Shown one piece after another: positions 52,010 to 64,000 of a stretch of DNA of 64,000 nucleotides. The notes beneath the pieces are model-generated. The model was given only the letters and a program-made list of their open reading frames with translations, was not told the DNA's origin and did not search any database. Each line of letters starts with the position of its first letter. Position 1 is the first letter of the stretch. Source of the stretch: Lobosporangium transversale (taxonomy: Eukaryota). The position numbers and the translations under genes were made by a program. The stretch covers positions 186,001 through 250,000 of the forward strand of contig NW_019028990.1 in assembly GCF_002105155.1 (NCBI RefSeq), written 5' to 3'.

Positions 52010-53899
52010 ATATATAAATTTAAAACATTATTTATAACAACATAGAAGAGTTGAAGGGTGGGGATAGAAAGAAGAGTTGACTTTGAAAGTCTGAATTTGA
52101 GCCAGAAACCTGGGGTAGGGGAGCGACAAGGACGTCCTTCAGTGGAGGCTAGTTATATTAATATTGTCGCCGTCTAAAAAAAAAAAAAAATCAAATGCAA
52201 ACAAAACATTCATTTTTAATATTCCATGATGGCTCTCCCAACTCAAGGTTGATCGATTCATTTTTTTCATTTCCACTATGTTTTCTTTTTGTTTGTTTGC
52301 GCAACAGAAAAAAAAAAAAAAAATGGTTGATACAGTTTTTTTTTACCTTCATTACGAGAATTATAAATAATATATGCATTATATGCATGGTGAGGGATTA
52401 TTGGAGAGAAAATGTGCAACTCTTGTTATACAGAGATCCCACATTCTGTTTTAACAAAAAAAAAAAAAAAAAAAAAAAAAAAAGAATTATTAATTTAATA
52501 TCGGCCCATCTCTTTTTTTGTTGGTGTTGTTGTTGTTGTTGATTTATGATAGTATTGTTGTGTACTGTTACTCGCGATCGGCATTATCTCGATGATAGGA
52601 CTCTCGACGACGGTGTACTGCCCTGTCCTATGTGTCTGTGTCATCCTTGCCTATACATGTTCAGTCATACATGGCTTTGGATTGATCCTTAAAGACGCTT
52701 TTAGGATGAATAAGAGCGGGCTTCAAGAAATGATGAATCAACTTGTAAGAGTTTTTTCTTCATCTACGCAAGCGCCACATGCCGGCCCTGGAGGGGGAAG
52801 AGGAAGTAATCATTGGACAGATACTACATCATTGTTTTGGTCTCGTGAAAGAAACGAGCCGGAAAGTACAAGAACCCTGAAACGGATCAGATCTAGATCA
52901 TAAAGCATTTGTTTCGGATGAGGAATGGCACTACAAAAGTCTAGTTCGTTGATTCCAGAGAAGAAGGACATGTGCTAGCTATCCCGGGTGTTTTTCTCTT
53001 TTATTCGATAATCATTCTTTCGGGTGTTAGTGTATTTTTTTTTTTTTTTTTTTTTTGAGAGCATTTTTCCAATTCGTCAAATAAAAGAATGACGGCTAGC
53101 TATTATCAGACAAGAGAGGAGAAAAATAAATAAATGGAAATTGAGTTACCACGCGGCATAAGTGTCCCGCGTCTTATATATGATCAATTGTATGGGGGGC
53201 TGGAAAAAAAAGTGGAGATTGACATCGGAATCAAACTGGGGTAAGAATTTATTTATTTTTATTTTTATTTTTATTTTCACTTTTGAAGTGTACAGTAGCA
53301 CAGTCGCACAGTAACAGAAAAATTGTAACATTGTCACACAGGGAGGGTGGGGAAAGCATGCACAGGTACTTGTGCATTTGCAATCGCATCATAACCCTAT
53401 TAAATATAAGTTTAGTCTAGTTTGGTTTAGACCAGAACATGGGAAAAGAATTTGCAAAGCTAAGCTTATAGCGGAGCCTTTTTTTAGAGAAGACAACTCG
53501 TGATTAGTATCGAAAAAGAAGTACACGTGTATGCATTTGGCAATGAGATGGAGATGACGGGCGTCAATAGTGAAAGAAGAGATACGACGATCATTCCGAG
53601 AGATGATGTGATGAAATGTTTGAAAAAAAAAAATAAAAAAATAAAAAATAAACAGTTGGCAAAGAGAGAAGAGAGCGAGAAGAGAGCAATTGCTCAGCGG
53701 ACAAAAAGAAAAAGAGAGAGAGAGAAGAGAGAGATGGGAGAGGAAGAAAAATAAAAAAAAGGTTTTCCATGCATATCATTTGCACACATGTTTTAAAGTG
53801 TGGACGAAGTTGAAACTGTGCCTGAAAAAATAGTGAGTCAAATAGGGTTTTTTGTTTATGTCCAAACAATGAATGTATTCAATCCGACCCTTGGATGCA

Positions 53900-54080
<181 letters not shown>

Positions 54081-56487
54081 TCTGCATTCATTCTTGCATC
54101 AATCCATTCGGCATCCATCACTTTACTACTCCTTCCTCATTCCCTTCCAACGCACATATTCTCCTTAATAGCAGCACAAGTAGACACACAATGTATGTCA
54201 CTTTTATATTTTACATCGATTTCAAAGGCGATCCAGTCTCTCTCTCTCTCTCTCTCTCTCTCGCATAACGTACACTCAGCCTCTACACACACCTTCCCCC
54301 TTATTGCGCCCATTCTTGTATCATTGCTCAACGCTGCACACGCACAAATACATACTTGAACTCTGCCTCATCATTTCCATCTCTTCCTCTCCTTTCCCCT
54401 CGCATGGTCTGTGGGTTGTAAAGGCGCACCTCTCTTCCACGACCAAAAACAGCTGCAGACAATGGAGGGGGGATCTGAGACTCTACGACATTAGATTGCT
54501 CAATCTTTGTCTTGATCTTGACCAAAAAAAAAAAAAAAAAAAAAAAAAAAAGGAGTCGTTTATTTTTTATTTTTATTTTTCAACGGTTTCTTTTTGATCA
54601 AGAGCTCTGACGCAAACAATGTGATCGTCTACATCTATCCAATTACTCTCAATTTGAAGACTACTTTTACTCAGCGCACGAGCGTCATGCCTGGTTCTAA
54701 CCTCAGCATTTCATCTTTATTATTACTATTTATATTTCGACAGATAATCCTATTATTGTACGGACGTAGCAGCCTTCATTACAATCATCACTACAACCAC
54801 AATAACCACAATAGCTTCAACAGACAAGAAAAAAAAAAGGCCACATCCCATTATTAAAAATCAACGCGAAGGTATTTAAAAAAAATTTTACATGTGTCTG
54901 AGGTGGTTGAATTTTATGTCTATAGCAAATTTGCCAAAGCGACTCTGAGAAAGAGTATTTATTAGCATGGTCTCCTTAAGGAGTGGGTGGAAGAGAGGAA
55001 CAAAAAAAGTGCTGGGCTTAGTTCTGCACATGGGACTGGCTTATACATCATGATGTTTCTAACGTTTAGTCGTAAAAAGAGTGCATCGAGTGTTTTTATT
55101 CGTTCCTTCCTCTCCTACTCCTTGAGCCCTGATCCTCTCATTGGCCTTTCTTCCTTTTTTTTCTTTTCTTTTTTTGTCATTGTCGTTACTTGTTGGCCAA
55201 TGACACGTTAAAGGTGTGGAGACATGTGTTTATTTGATATCCCTTGCTTTTTTTTTCTCTAACTGCTGTTGTGCATCTCGAGTTCTCTTTCCCCTGGATT
55301 GTGTGTATGGTGAATGCAAGAGCACTGTTGAGGTTTGGGCCCATGCTTAGGGCGTATAAAAAAAAGGGGGTGAGTTGAAGGCCTAGTGGAGTAGTGAAGA
55401 ATAAAGTTAATTACTCCAAACGGGATCAAACGGACGGGTCCCCCCTACTACCACCTGCTTTTGTTTGCTGCCTTGTTCCTACTCCTCTCCTTCTCCTTCT
55501 CCTGCTGTTCCTGTGCTTCCTGCTCTTATCTCTTATTCCTGCTCCTATTCTTGCTACTGCACCATCTCGAAAATCAGCCGTTACCAACTCTAATGGGCTT
55601 TCTTGATTGTCTTCTTGTTTAGGAGTCTACTTTTTTCTTCTCTCAACCTCAATTCTTTTTCTCTCTCTCCTTCGACATTCATCTTTCCGCGCCACTTTCT
55701 ACGTTTTTTCCCAAGAATCATTTGGCAGCTCACAAATTCTCTCACTTATTCCTTCATAAAGTTCTGTCCCTGCAACAGCTGAACACCAAGGTATGCTGGG
55801 ATACACCATTTCACTGGAGTCCCAACAAAAAAAAAAAAAAAAAAAAAAAAAAGGCTTGCTCAGCATATGCTCACTGTCGCTCTTAAGCAAATCTTTACAC
55901 CTTCGCCCTTCCTTCCCTTTTCCCCCGATCGACAACTGTGTATCGCGCGATATCCCACGACCCAGATTGAGATTAGCATCGGAATTTTTTTTTTATCCAT
56001 TGTGATATATTCTTTCCTTATTTATATCTTTAAACAGGAACCAACCACAGGTGGCAACGATACCATTCTCTCCTCCCTAATAGCGCTGCCGCCGCCATTA
56101 GATCAATCTTTTGAAAGGCAGGGGGAGGAGAAAACGGCTGATGAAACACACATAAACAACCCTTACTTGGTTTCATTGCCCCCATTGTCGGTGTTGTGTC
56201 ACAAAAATAAACACCCTGTCTTATTTGTGTGGCGTATCATTACTTCAATTATTAATGTGGCCAAGTAAATTAACGTCAATATTTTTTTTATTTTTTTTTT
56301 ATTTTTCTATTCTAGCCGCCTTTTCTCTTTCTCCCTTTCTTTCCTTCCCTTTTTTTTAATTTTCGCTCTTCAAGAAGCCCTTAAAAAAGCTATCAATTAC
56401 TAGACAAGGAGTTCTCTTTTCTCTTATTTTATTTTACTTTCCCCCTTCCTTTCAAAAGTCTAAAGCTCCATATAAACTACATCAGCC

Positions 56488-58045
56488 ATGGGTTGCTGTT
56501 TGAGTCAAGATGACAAGGAGAGTCGTAGCCGCAATGAGGCAATTGAGAATCAGCTTCGGCGCGATCGTATGCAGATGCGTAACGAAGTCAAGATGTTGCT
56601 ACTTGGTAAGTTTTTTTTTTTTTTCTTAAAAAAAAAAAACATTTTCATTCTTATAGATCAAATGTATATAAAAAAGAGACTGGCCTTGCTTATATTGCTT
56701 ATAATAATCTCTTTTGTTAGGTGCTGGAGAGTCTGGAAAGTCAACCATTCTCAAACAAATGAAGCTGATTCATGATGGTGGTTACTCCAAAGAAGAACGT
56801 GAAGCATTCAGGGAGATCATTTTTATTAACACTGTTCAAAGGTAAAAAAAAAGAAAAAAAAAAAAAAAAAAAGAGGAAAAAAGCCCCTATAACGGACAGG
56901 AAAAAGTGGTCCGTGCATCGTGATTTAATTTGTCAGTGTAGACAATGAACTGAATACTGAATTCGAACTCCCACCCCCTATGATCTATTATAGTATGCGT
57001 GTTATCTTGGAGGCAATGGATAACATGGAGTTGCCTTTATACCACGACGCCAATCGTAATTATGCCATCATCATCATGAGCCTTCCATTGCAGATCGAGG
57101 GTGAATATATGCCTCATGAAGTAGCCGTAGCCATCCAGAACTTATGGCTTGATCCCAATGTCCAACAAGCTTTCCAACGCAGTCGTGAATACCAATTGAA
57201 TGATTCTGCAAAATAGTAAGTACATTTCCATTGATCCAAATTATATATATTATACAGTTGTTGGTCTATCATTTTATTAATTATTTTTTTTTTTTTTTTT
57301 TTTTTTCCTTCCCTTGCTCAAATAGTTACTTTGACTCGATCGACAGGATTGCAAAGCCCAACTATGTGCCCACAGACCAAGATGTGCTGCGATCACGAGT
57401 GAAGACAACGGGTATTACAGAGACAACATTCTTGATTGGAGACTTGACGTATCGGATGTTCGATGTAGGAGGACAACGGTCGGAGCGTAAGAAATGGATT
57501 CATTGTTTCGAGAACGTGACAGCGATTGTGTTCTTGGTAGCGATTTCAGAGTATGATCAATTGTTGTTGGAGGATGAGACCGTGAACCGGATGCAGGAGG
57601 CCTTGACATTGTTTGATTCGATCTGTAATTCACGCTGGTTCGTAAAAACGTCCATCATCTTGTTCTTGAACAAGATTGATCGTTTCAAAGAGAAGTTACC
57701 TGTTTCGCCCATGAGAAAATATTTCCCAGATTATGAAGGTAAAAAAAAAAAAAAAAAAAAAGGAAAACAAATATTCAAATACTATACTTCCCTTGCTTTA
57801 TTTACTGACTTGTTATCAATACTTTTTTTTTTTTTTTTTTCTTACGAATTTTTTTAGGTGGCGATGATTATGATCAAGCATCACAGTACATCCTTAACCG
57901 ATTTGTGAGTTTGAACTTGTCAGACACAAAGCAGATCTATACTCACTTCACATGCGCTACAGATACAAGCCAGATCAAATTTGTCATGGCTGCTGTCAGT
58001 GATATTATCATTCAAGCAAATCTTCGGGAATGTGGGTTGATGTAG
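56488..58045 (+). CDS. Heterotrimeric G-protein alpha subunit, fungal group I (Gi-like); exons 56488-56605, 56721-56841, 56994-57215, 57326-57738, 57858-58045
   Basis: MGCC acylation site, [44 protein letters not shown], and C-terminus NLRECGLM. Confidence 0.96.
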
Positions 58046-58974
58046 TAATAGGAAAAAAAGGAAAAAAAAAAGAAAAAGAACCCTATTTAATTATTATATA
58101 TATTACTTATACATATTCATATACATATATTCGTTATTACGCCCATCTCTCTCTCTCTCTCTCTCTCCTTCTCTCCTTTTCATTATTTTCTTTTTAAAAA
58201 AAAAAAAGTAAAAACCCCAAATTGTCTTGTTCGGTATGACATTAGGAAGCTCGTTTGCTACCGCGTCAACCAAACTTGTTCCCACGATGAACTTTCCTTC
58301 CTCTATAATCAACATTTGCTTTTGTTCAAGCCAAAACAGGGCAGCTTGAGACCTGTTTTCTCTCCATGTTTTCAAATTATCAAGAGCCGCTTTCTTTGTA
58401 TGCTCTTTTAGTCAGAAATTGGTGATGACCGAAGTAAAGTCGAAATACATCGTCTGTGGGATGTGTATACATAAATTTAATACTGAACTCCTCGATGGTG
58501 TCATTACTGGTGCTCATCACCCACTCTCGATGGGCTTTTGGAATCCCCATGATTCTAGCTTGTGGATAAAAGAAACAAACAGTGTCAGTTGTGTCAAGAT
58601 ACACAATACAAGATTTTAAAGAACAAAACCATTCACACAATTAGACAATGGTAGAATACTGTGCAAAGATGATCATCAGGCAACGAATGCTCAGTAAGTT
58701 AACCTCGAGGGATCTGTTAGAAATATAGCTATGGAGAGTTAGTATATCTGTGGACACCAACTTATTCGTCTCTTTTTAAAATGAGAAATGTAAACCACTG
58801 TTTCCCCCGACCAAAGGTCCAAACAGGGGCATTCCTTATTTAACAAGGCGCAACTCCCCCAGTAAAAAGTGCCATAAAAACCATTTTCGACGTTTTCTCA
58901 TTCATTTTTCTGCTCACATGATCACTCATACTCCTCAATAGAAAGAAAGGAAAGGAGAAAGATGTTGTTCTTTT

Positions 58975-59512
58975 TCGAACAATTTTTTACAACAAAGTGC
59001 TTAACCTGAACCGATCGTAGTAACAAGACTTACTCTACAGCTTTCAGTACACCGTTGTTTAAAAGTGGTCTGCAATGGATTTATCTCTTCCAACATTAGA
59101 AGACACTACATAAGGTCCAGCATAGCATGATTTAGGAGCCGAAGCTCGTTTTGTGTTCAACTAAAAATCGAAAAAGGTAGCAATCGTCACGTTCTAACAC
59201 GGCTTCTAACTTCGAGGCGTTCAGCCATAATCCAATGGATGATAGCTTCGGGTCAGTGCCTGCTCAGGCAGGCCCAAACACTAATTATCCGAATGCACGG
59301 CTCCTCTCGTGCCAAGTTCAATTACAATTGCAATAACTTTTCATCAGTAGGGACAGTAAAGTAAAACTAATCTGTCATACAACGGTCTAACACTCCTTAT
59401 TAGTAGATGAACAATCCAACGCTTACTGAATTCTGCTTCAGCATGATAGAAAGAGCCGACATCGAAGGATCAAAAAGCAACATCGCTATAAACACTTGGC
59501 TGGCACAAGCCA
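58975..59512 (-). pseudogene. Dispersed, decayed fragment of the 3' end of 28S (LSU) rRNA
   Basis: The minus strand reads TGGCTTGTGCCAGCCAAGTGTTTATAGCGATGTTGCTTTTTGATCCTTCGATGTCGGCTCTT...GCGTTGGATTGTTCA...GGATTATGGCTGAACGCCTC...GCAGAC, matching LSU domains V-VI with substitutions and indels. Confidence 0.92.
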
Positions 59513-61120
59513 TTTGAAATATACAATAGAAGATGTAAATAAGCACTAATAAAATAAAAAAATAAAAAAAAAAATAAAAAAAGAATGAAAAGGATCCGTT
59601 CAGTATTTATCGAGATAGCATCCAAAATTGTGACAAAGTTGGGTGCTTTTAAGGCCTTTACAGACTTTAAACATTAATGGCTCTTGCTAAAGCGCTGGGA
59701 AGCAGGCGCCTTTTGAATGGTCAATGGATGGGCTTATTGCCATTGTTTTAAAATAACCCTTAGGAGGATTTGTTCAGGGTCCATGGAGTAGCACCTGTAT
59801 AAAGTATTTGAAGCACAGAAAAAACCAAAATTATATATCATTTTCGGCACACTCATTAGACTATTGCACCGGAACCTTGAGAGATGGAACCTAGCTAAAG
59901 CAAGTAATCGTTTGCTTCGCCCACAGCTATGATATAAACGATGGCTTCCAATATTTCATGCAGTGGTTCTTGAGTAAATGACCAAAGGAAATCGAAAATT
60001 CGCTATTTTCCACCACCTGCCCACTTTTCCTTTAAGAAAATTTTTATTCTGACTATGTTTCTGGTAGCGGTTTTGCCACCGTTGGATTCGTAATTGGAAA
60101 ATTACATTTAACCTGAGGATTCTGTGGGTTTTGAGTGTATCTATGTTGCGCTCTTTCGTTTTTATCAACTAATTTTGAAATGGTTGCCTAGATTAGTCAT
60201 ATACTCTCTGCCTTGCTGCACTTTTCACATAGCTACGGATATTAACTTTCGTTAGAAAACGCGAAACCGCCTTTCAAAAGTTGCGTTTCAGTACCAGCTA
60301 CCGGCCCTGGGTTGAAATAATCCGGTTGGGTCTGAAATGAGCGACTTTGCATATGGCAACATGGATATCTACATGTTTTTCTGTACACAAATAAACACAT
60401 CATCATCGGAATTAAGTGATTTTAAGTTCAAAAGCAGATATTTATTTCCTCTGGTCGCAAATCTACGCGGACTCTGCACTAGTTTTCCTAGAGCGCGTAA
60501 CTTTGCCTTGATGGCCAACAGCAAGAACTGACTGCAGGTACCGTTAAATATGCAGCATGCACCAGGGCAATTTGATGAGATTGTGATGAGCAATGATGCA
60601 GTGAGCTTCAACTCACACTGCATGAATTCAAAGAGTGGAAACATCAGCCTGGGGTGCGAATTGCTGCGTTGGTAGGGAGTGTAGATGTGCTCGTTGGCCC
60701 TAGTACAAAATAGGGGAACATTTGATGTTTTATTAACGCTAAAATACTGGGAAAGAAGCACGGGGATTTCCTGGGGAGAGAAGCGCTTGAAAGTTATGTA
60801 TCTAGATGATTGAACCCATGTGAACTTGCAAGCAAAGATGTTGAATGGAGTAAAAAAACACCAGGCAATAAATCAACCTTTGAGCTTCTTGGCTCACCTG
60901 CAGTAAAATATTATAGTAATATGCTTGTTCTCAAGCGATGGTCATGAGTTCTCTTTAAGAAAATGAAAGAGCAATAAAAAGATGAATGAACAATCTTAGA
61001 TTAAGGGACTATATTTCCTCCTTTGGCCGATCGCTTTTATCGCTTGACTTGCAAGAGGCTGGGCCTTCACCAAACCAACAGCAGCGCGTTTGTCTATGGT
61101 ATTCTCATAGAAGACCAATG

Positions 61121-61153
<33 letters not shown>

Positions 61154-62259
61154 ACACCTTAATCTGTTTAAGAATGCTATGTATGATGCTATTAAGCAAA
61201 AAAAAAAAAAAAAAAAAAAAATCAATTGCTCAAGGATCTTCTAAGGAGTATTAGAAGGTTCTCTTCATTCTTAGCACAGGGGACAGTATCATATTAAAAA
61301 AAAAAAAAAAAGCAAGTGCTTTGACATTGTCATCCAGACCCCTCAATACTTTTAGCTTAATCAACAAAAGCTCTCGCATCATATCGCGTCATGCGACCCA
61401 CCCCTTAGTTCCCTTAACCTCTTTAGCGTCATCTGAAGGCTATGCAGACAGAACATCAAAGAAAGTCTTGGCTACAATAAAGGAAAGTTCGATAGTTGTT
61501 GGTATGAATGAACAGATGTTAAAAAAAAATCAAGACAAAAGAGAATTAGCAAATCGAGACAAAACTACAAAAAAATTTTTACTATTCGGCCCCCTTTTTG
61601 GTAATTAAGGTTTATGGTTCATCCGAGTGATCGCGATAGACTGACAAAATGTCGCCATTTTTTTCGCGTATTACTAACACAAACAGCCGTCACTACTTGT
61701 TGTACGAACACTATCACGATATGATTTGCTGATAGTTAAAGAACATCGGCAGTCAGTCGTAAATACATCTGAACGCAGAGTAACATCATGCGCAGCACCG
61801 TTGATGTTGAACACAAAATACGAAGAAGACTTTCCCATCATTGTTTTAGCGAAACGAGATCGGGAGAAGTGAAGGAGGGGTATATGCTCTTTGTCAGTTA
61901 AAAGCCCAAAAGAGAGATTAGTCAGACATTGCACCATGCGGTGCCTTGGGTAAGAGAAGGACAGGTATGTGACTGTGTGAGCGCATAAGTGTGGTTATAA
62001 GCCTAAAGACTACTTCGCCTCGGAGAGTTGGTATAGCAGCATTCAATGCTGTTTCTTGCTACTTTGTTTGTCTGTACAAACATCCAATATCCCATCAGTC
62101 TTTCGCGTGTTATCTTGATCGAGCAACATGTGTCTATTTACCACAGCCAATACCTGTTTCTGTCGCACATAAACAAAGCCGTGCGCGGTACTCGTCATTT
62201 ATCATCATCACAATTGTTTGTTTGGCCAAAATGTATAAAAGCTTATTGTCGATCTTGAC

Positions 62260-62292
<33 letters not shown>

Positions 62293-62572
62293 CTCTTTCT
62301 CTTTCTCTACTTCTCGTACTCCATTGTCAATCCCCATTCTGCGGCCTCTTATTCTTGCTGCTTGCATTGTACAGTTCATTATCTATTCACCCTTGACAAT
62401 TGGGGCATCATCCCTATTCTTTGACATATATACCCTTATATACCGTTTGTATTCACATACAGACACATCTTTGTACACTGACGTCCTGAATTATAAATCC
62501 TTTTCTGATCTCTTTCAAAGACATTTTTATCATCACTTCTCAACAAACACATTCATCTATCCTTCAGAATTT

Positions 62573-63878
62573 ATGGCTGATCGTGAACTAAAAGAGTTTG
62601 GCCACAACCTGCTTGGTTGGGTCAAGGCCTTTCCAAGGAACATACCTCGCTATATTACCGAACGCTTTCCTATCATCAAATGGTAAAAATCAGAAAGTGA
62701 TGGGGGTTTTTTTTTTTACTATTGCCGTTGTTGTTGTCGGTTGCTACTATTGCTATCGATTGTTACAACGAACTAACAGATTTGCATACAATAAACCTTC
62801 ACCTCTTTCCTTGCAGGCTGCCAAAGTATCAACGTAGCTGGGCTGTCAAGGACATCATTGCTGGCATTACTGTCGGCTTGATTGTTGTCCCACAAGGAAT
62901 GTCTTATGCCAAAGTTGCTAGCTTGCCTGTCCAACATGGATTGTATTCTGCTTATATCGGTGCTATCTTTTACTGCCTCATGGGAACCTCCAAGGACCTG
63001 ACCATCGGACCCACTGCTGTTATTTCTCTCATCACTGGTGAACTCGTTGCTGAACTGAGCGGTCGATTGACCCCACAAGAGGTTGCTGCTCTTTCGTGTC
63101 TTGGTGTTGGCCTTTTAACAATGATTTTAGGTGTGCTTCGTTTGGGTATCGTTTTGGATTTCTTCCCAACAACTGTTCTGGTCGGTTACACGACCGGTGC
63201 TGCTGTAACAATCATCGTCCAGCAGATCCCCAAATGGCTTGGTGTGCCCAACATCAATAACCGTGCGCCAGTTTATGATATCATCATCAATATGCTCAAG
63301 GCTATCAAGACCCTCTCTTGGTTGGATCTAGTCTTTGGGCTGGTGTCCATGTTTCTCTTGGTCGCCATTGGATTAGCGGTTGATCGCTGGGGCCGTGGCA
63401 AGTTCTCTATTCAGATGATCAAAATCTCACGCTTCTTCTTTGTTACGGTCTTGGCAACTGCGCTTTCTTACGTGGTCAATAAGAATGCACCTCATGATCC
63501 AAAGGGTCAGATCATTCCACGCATCTCAATCCTGAAGGACGTTCCCTCAGGATTGCCTCATCCAATGGTCCCTGTCTCTCCAGACGGTGTTTTGTCAGCA
63601 ATCGCCCCCAAGTTGGCAGCCATCACCTTGGCTACGATCTTGGAGCATATTGCGATTGGAAAGGCCTTTGCAAGACGAAACCGTTATCAGATCGATTCCA
63701 ACCAAGAGTTGCTTGCTCTTGGGCTTGCTAATGTCACGGCTTCATTCTTTGGAGCATATGCAGTGACAGGATCCTTCTCACGATCTGCAGTCAAGTTTCA
63801 ATGTGGAGTCAAGACCCCTATTGCTGGCTTTGTCACCGGCGCATTAGTGCTCTTGGCCATTTACTTTTTGACCCCTGT
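62573..63878 (+). CDS. SulP/SLC26 sulfate permease, 3'-partial; exons 62573-62682, 62817-63878, continues past the window
   Basis: DIIAGITVGLIVVPQGMSYAKVASLP..GLYSA, GTSKDLTIGPTAV, NQELLALG, TGSFSRSA. Confidence 0.94.
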
Positions 63879-64000
63879 GTAAGTATTTCTTTTTTGTATT
63901 CTGCATAATCATGCATTAGCGCGAAGGTGTGGAGAAAGAAAGGAAAGAAAATATGATCACAAGAGCAAATCATATTGATCTCGGACCCTATTTTTGTGGC

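Noticed and set aside
58975..59512. Functional rRNA gene or edge of the rDNA array
   Set aside because: Only about 0.5 kb is present, it has lesions in the peptidyl-transferase region, and no other rDNA is in the window.
60300..60900. 130-aa minus-strand ORF and nearby short frames
   Set aside because: It has a non-ATG start and no recognisable motifs or supporting exon structure.
61991..62572. Long upstream part of the ORF leading into the sulfate permease
   Set aside because: It is low-complexity leader sequence with a poly-T run and no conserved residues. ATG 62573 is more plausible.

Overview
This is eukaryotic, intron-rich fungal DNA. The Mortierellaceae or a related early-diverging lineage is inferred from gene style and the LRR family. 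It has GT-AG introns packed with long A/T homopolymers. Conserved genes reconstructed by hand from splice signals: a cytochrome P450, a PIN4/Cip2-like RRM+R3H protein, NAC-alpha (EGD2), arginyl-tRNA synthetase, DRS1 helicase, a standalone MoaC, RAV1/rabconnectin-3 alpha, RCL1, a GPI-type chitin deacetylase, a group I G-alpha and a partial SulP sulfate permease. An accessory island at about 16-26 kb holds a secreted precursor-like protein, a tandem exon-intron array of an unannotated transcript, and Helitron and chromovirus remnants. It also holds a 1096-aa NTPase-less protein with 18 near-identical 84-bp LRRs that vary mainly at ligand-face positions, the strongest candidate here for an undescribed receptor system. 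A decayed 28S rRNA 3' fragment lies at about 59 kb. Family assignments come from remembered motifs; no database search was run.
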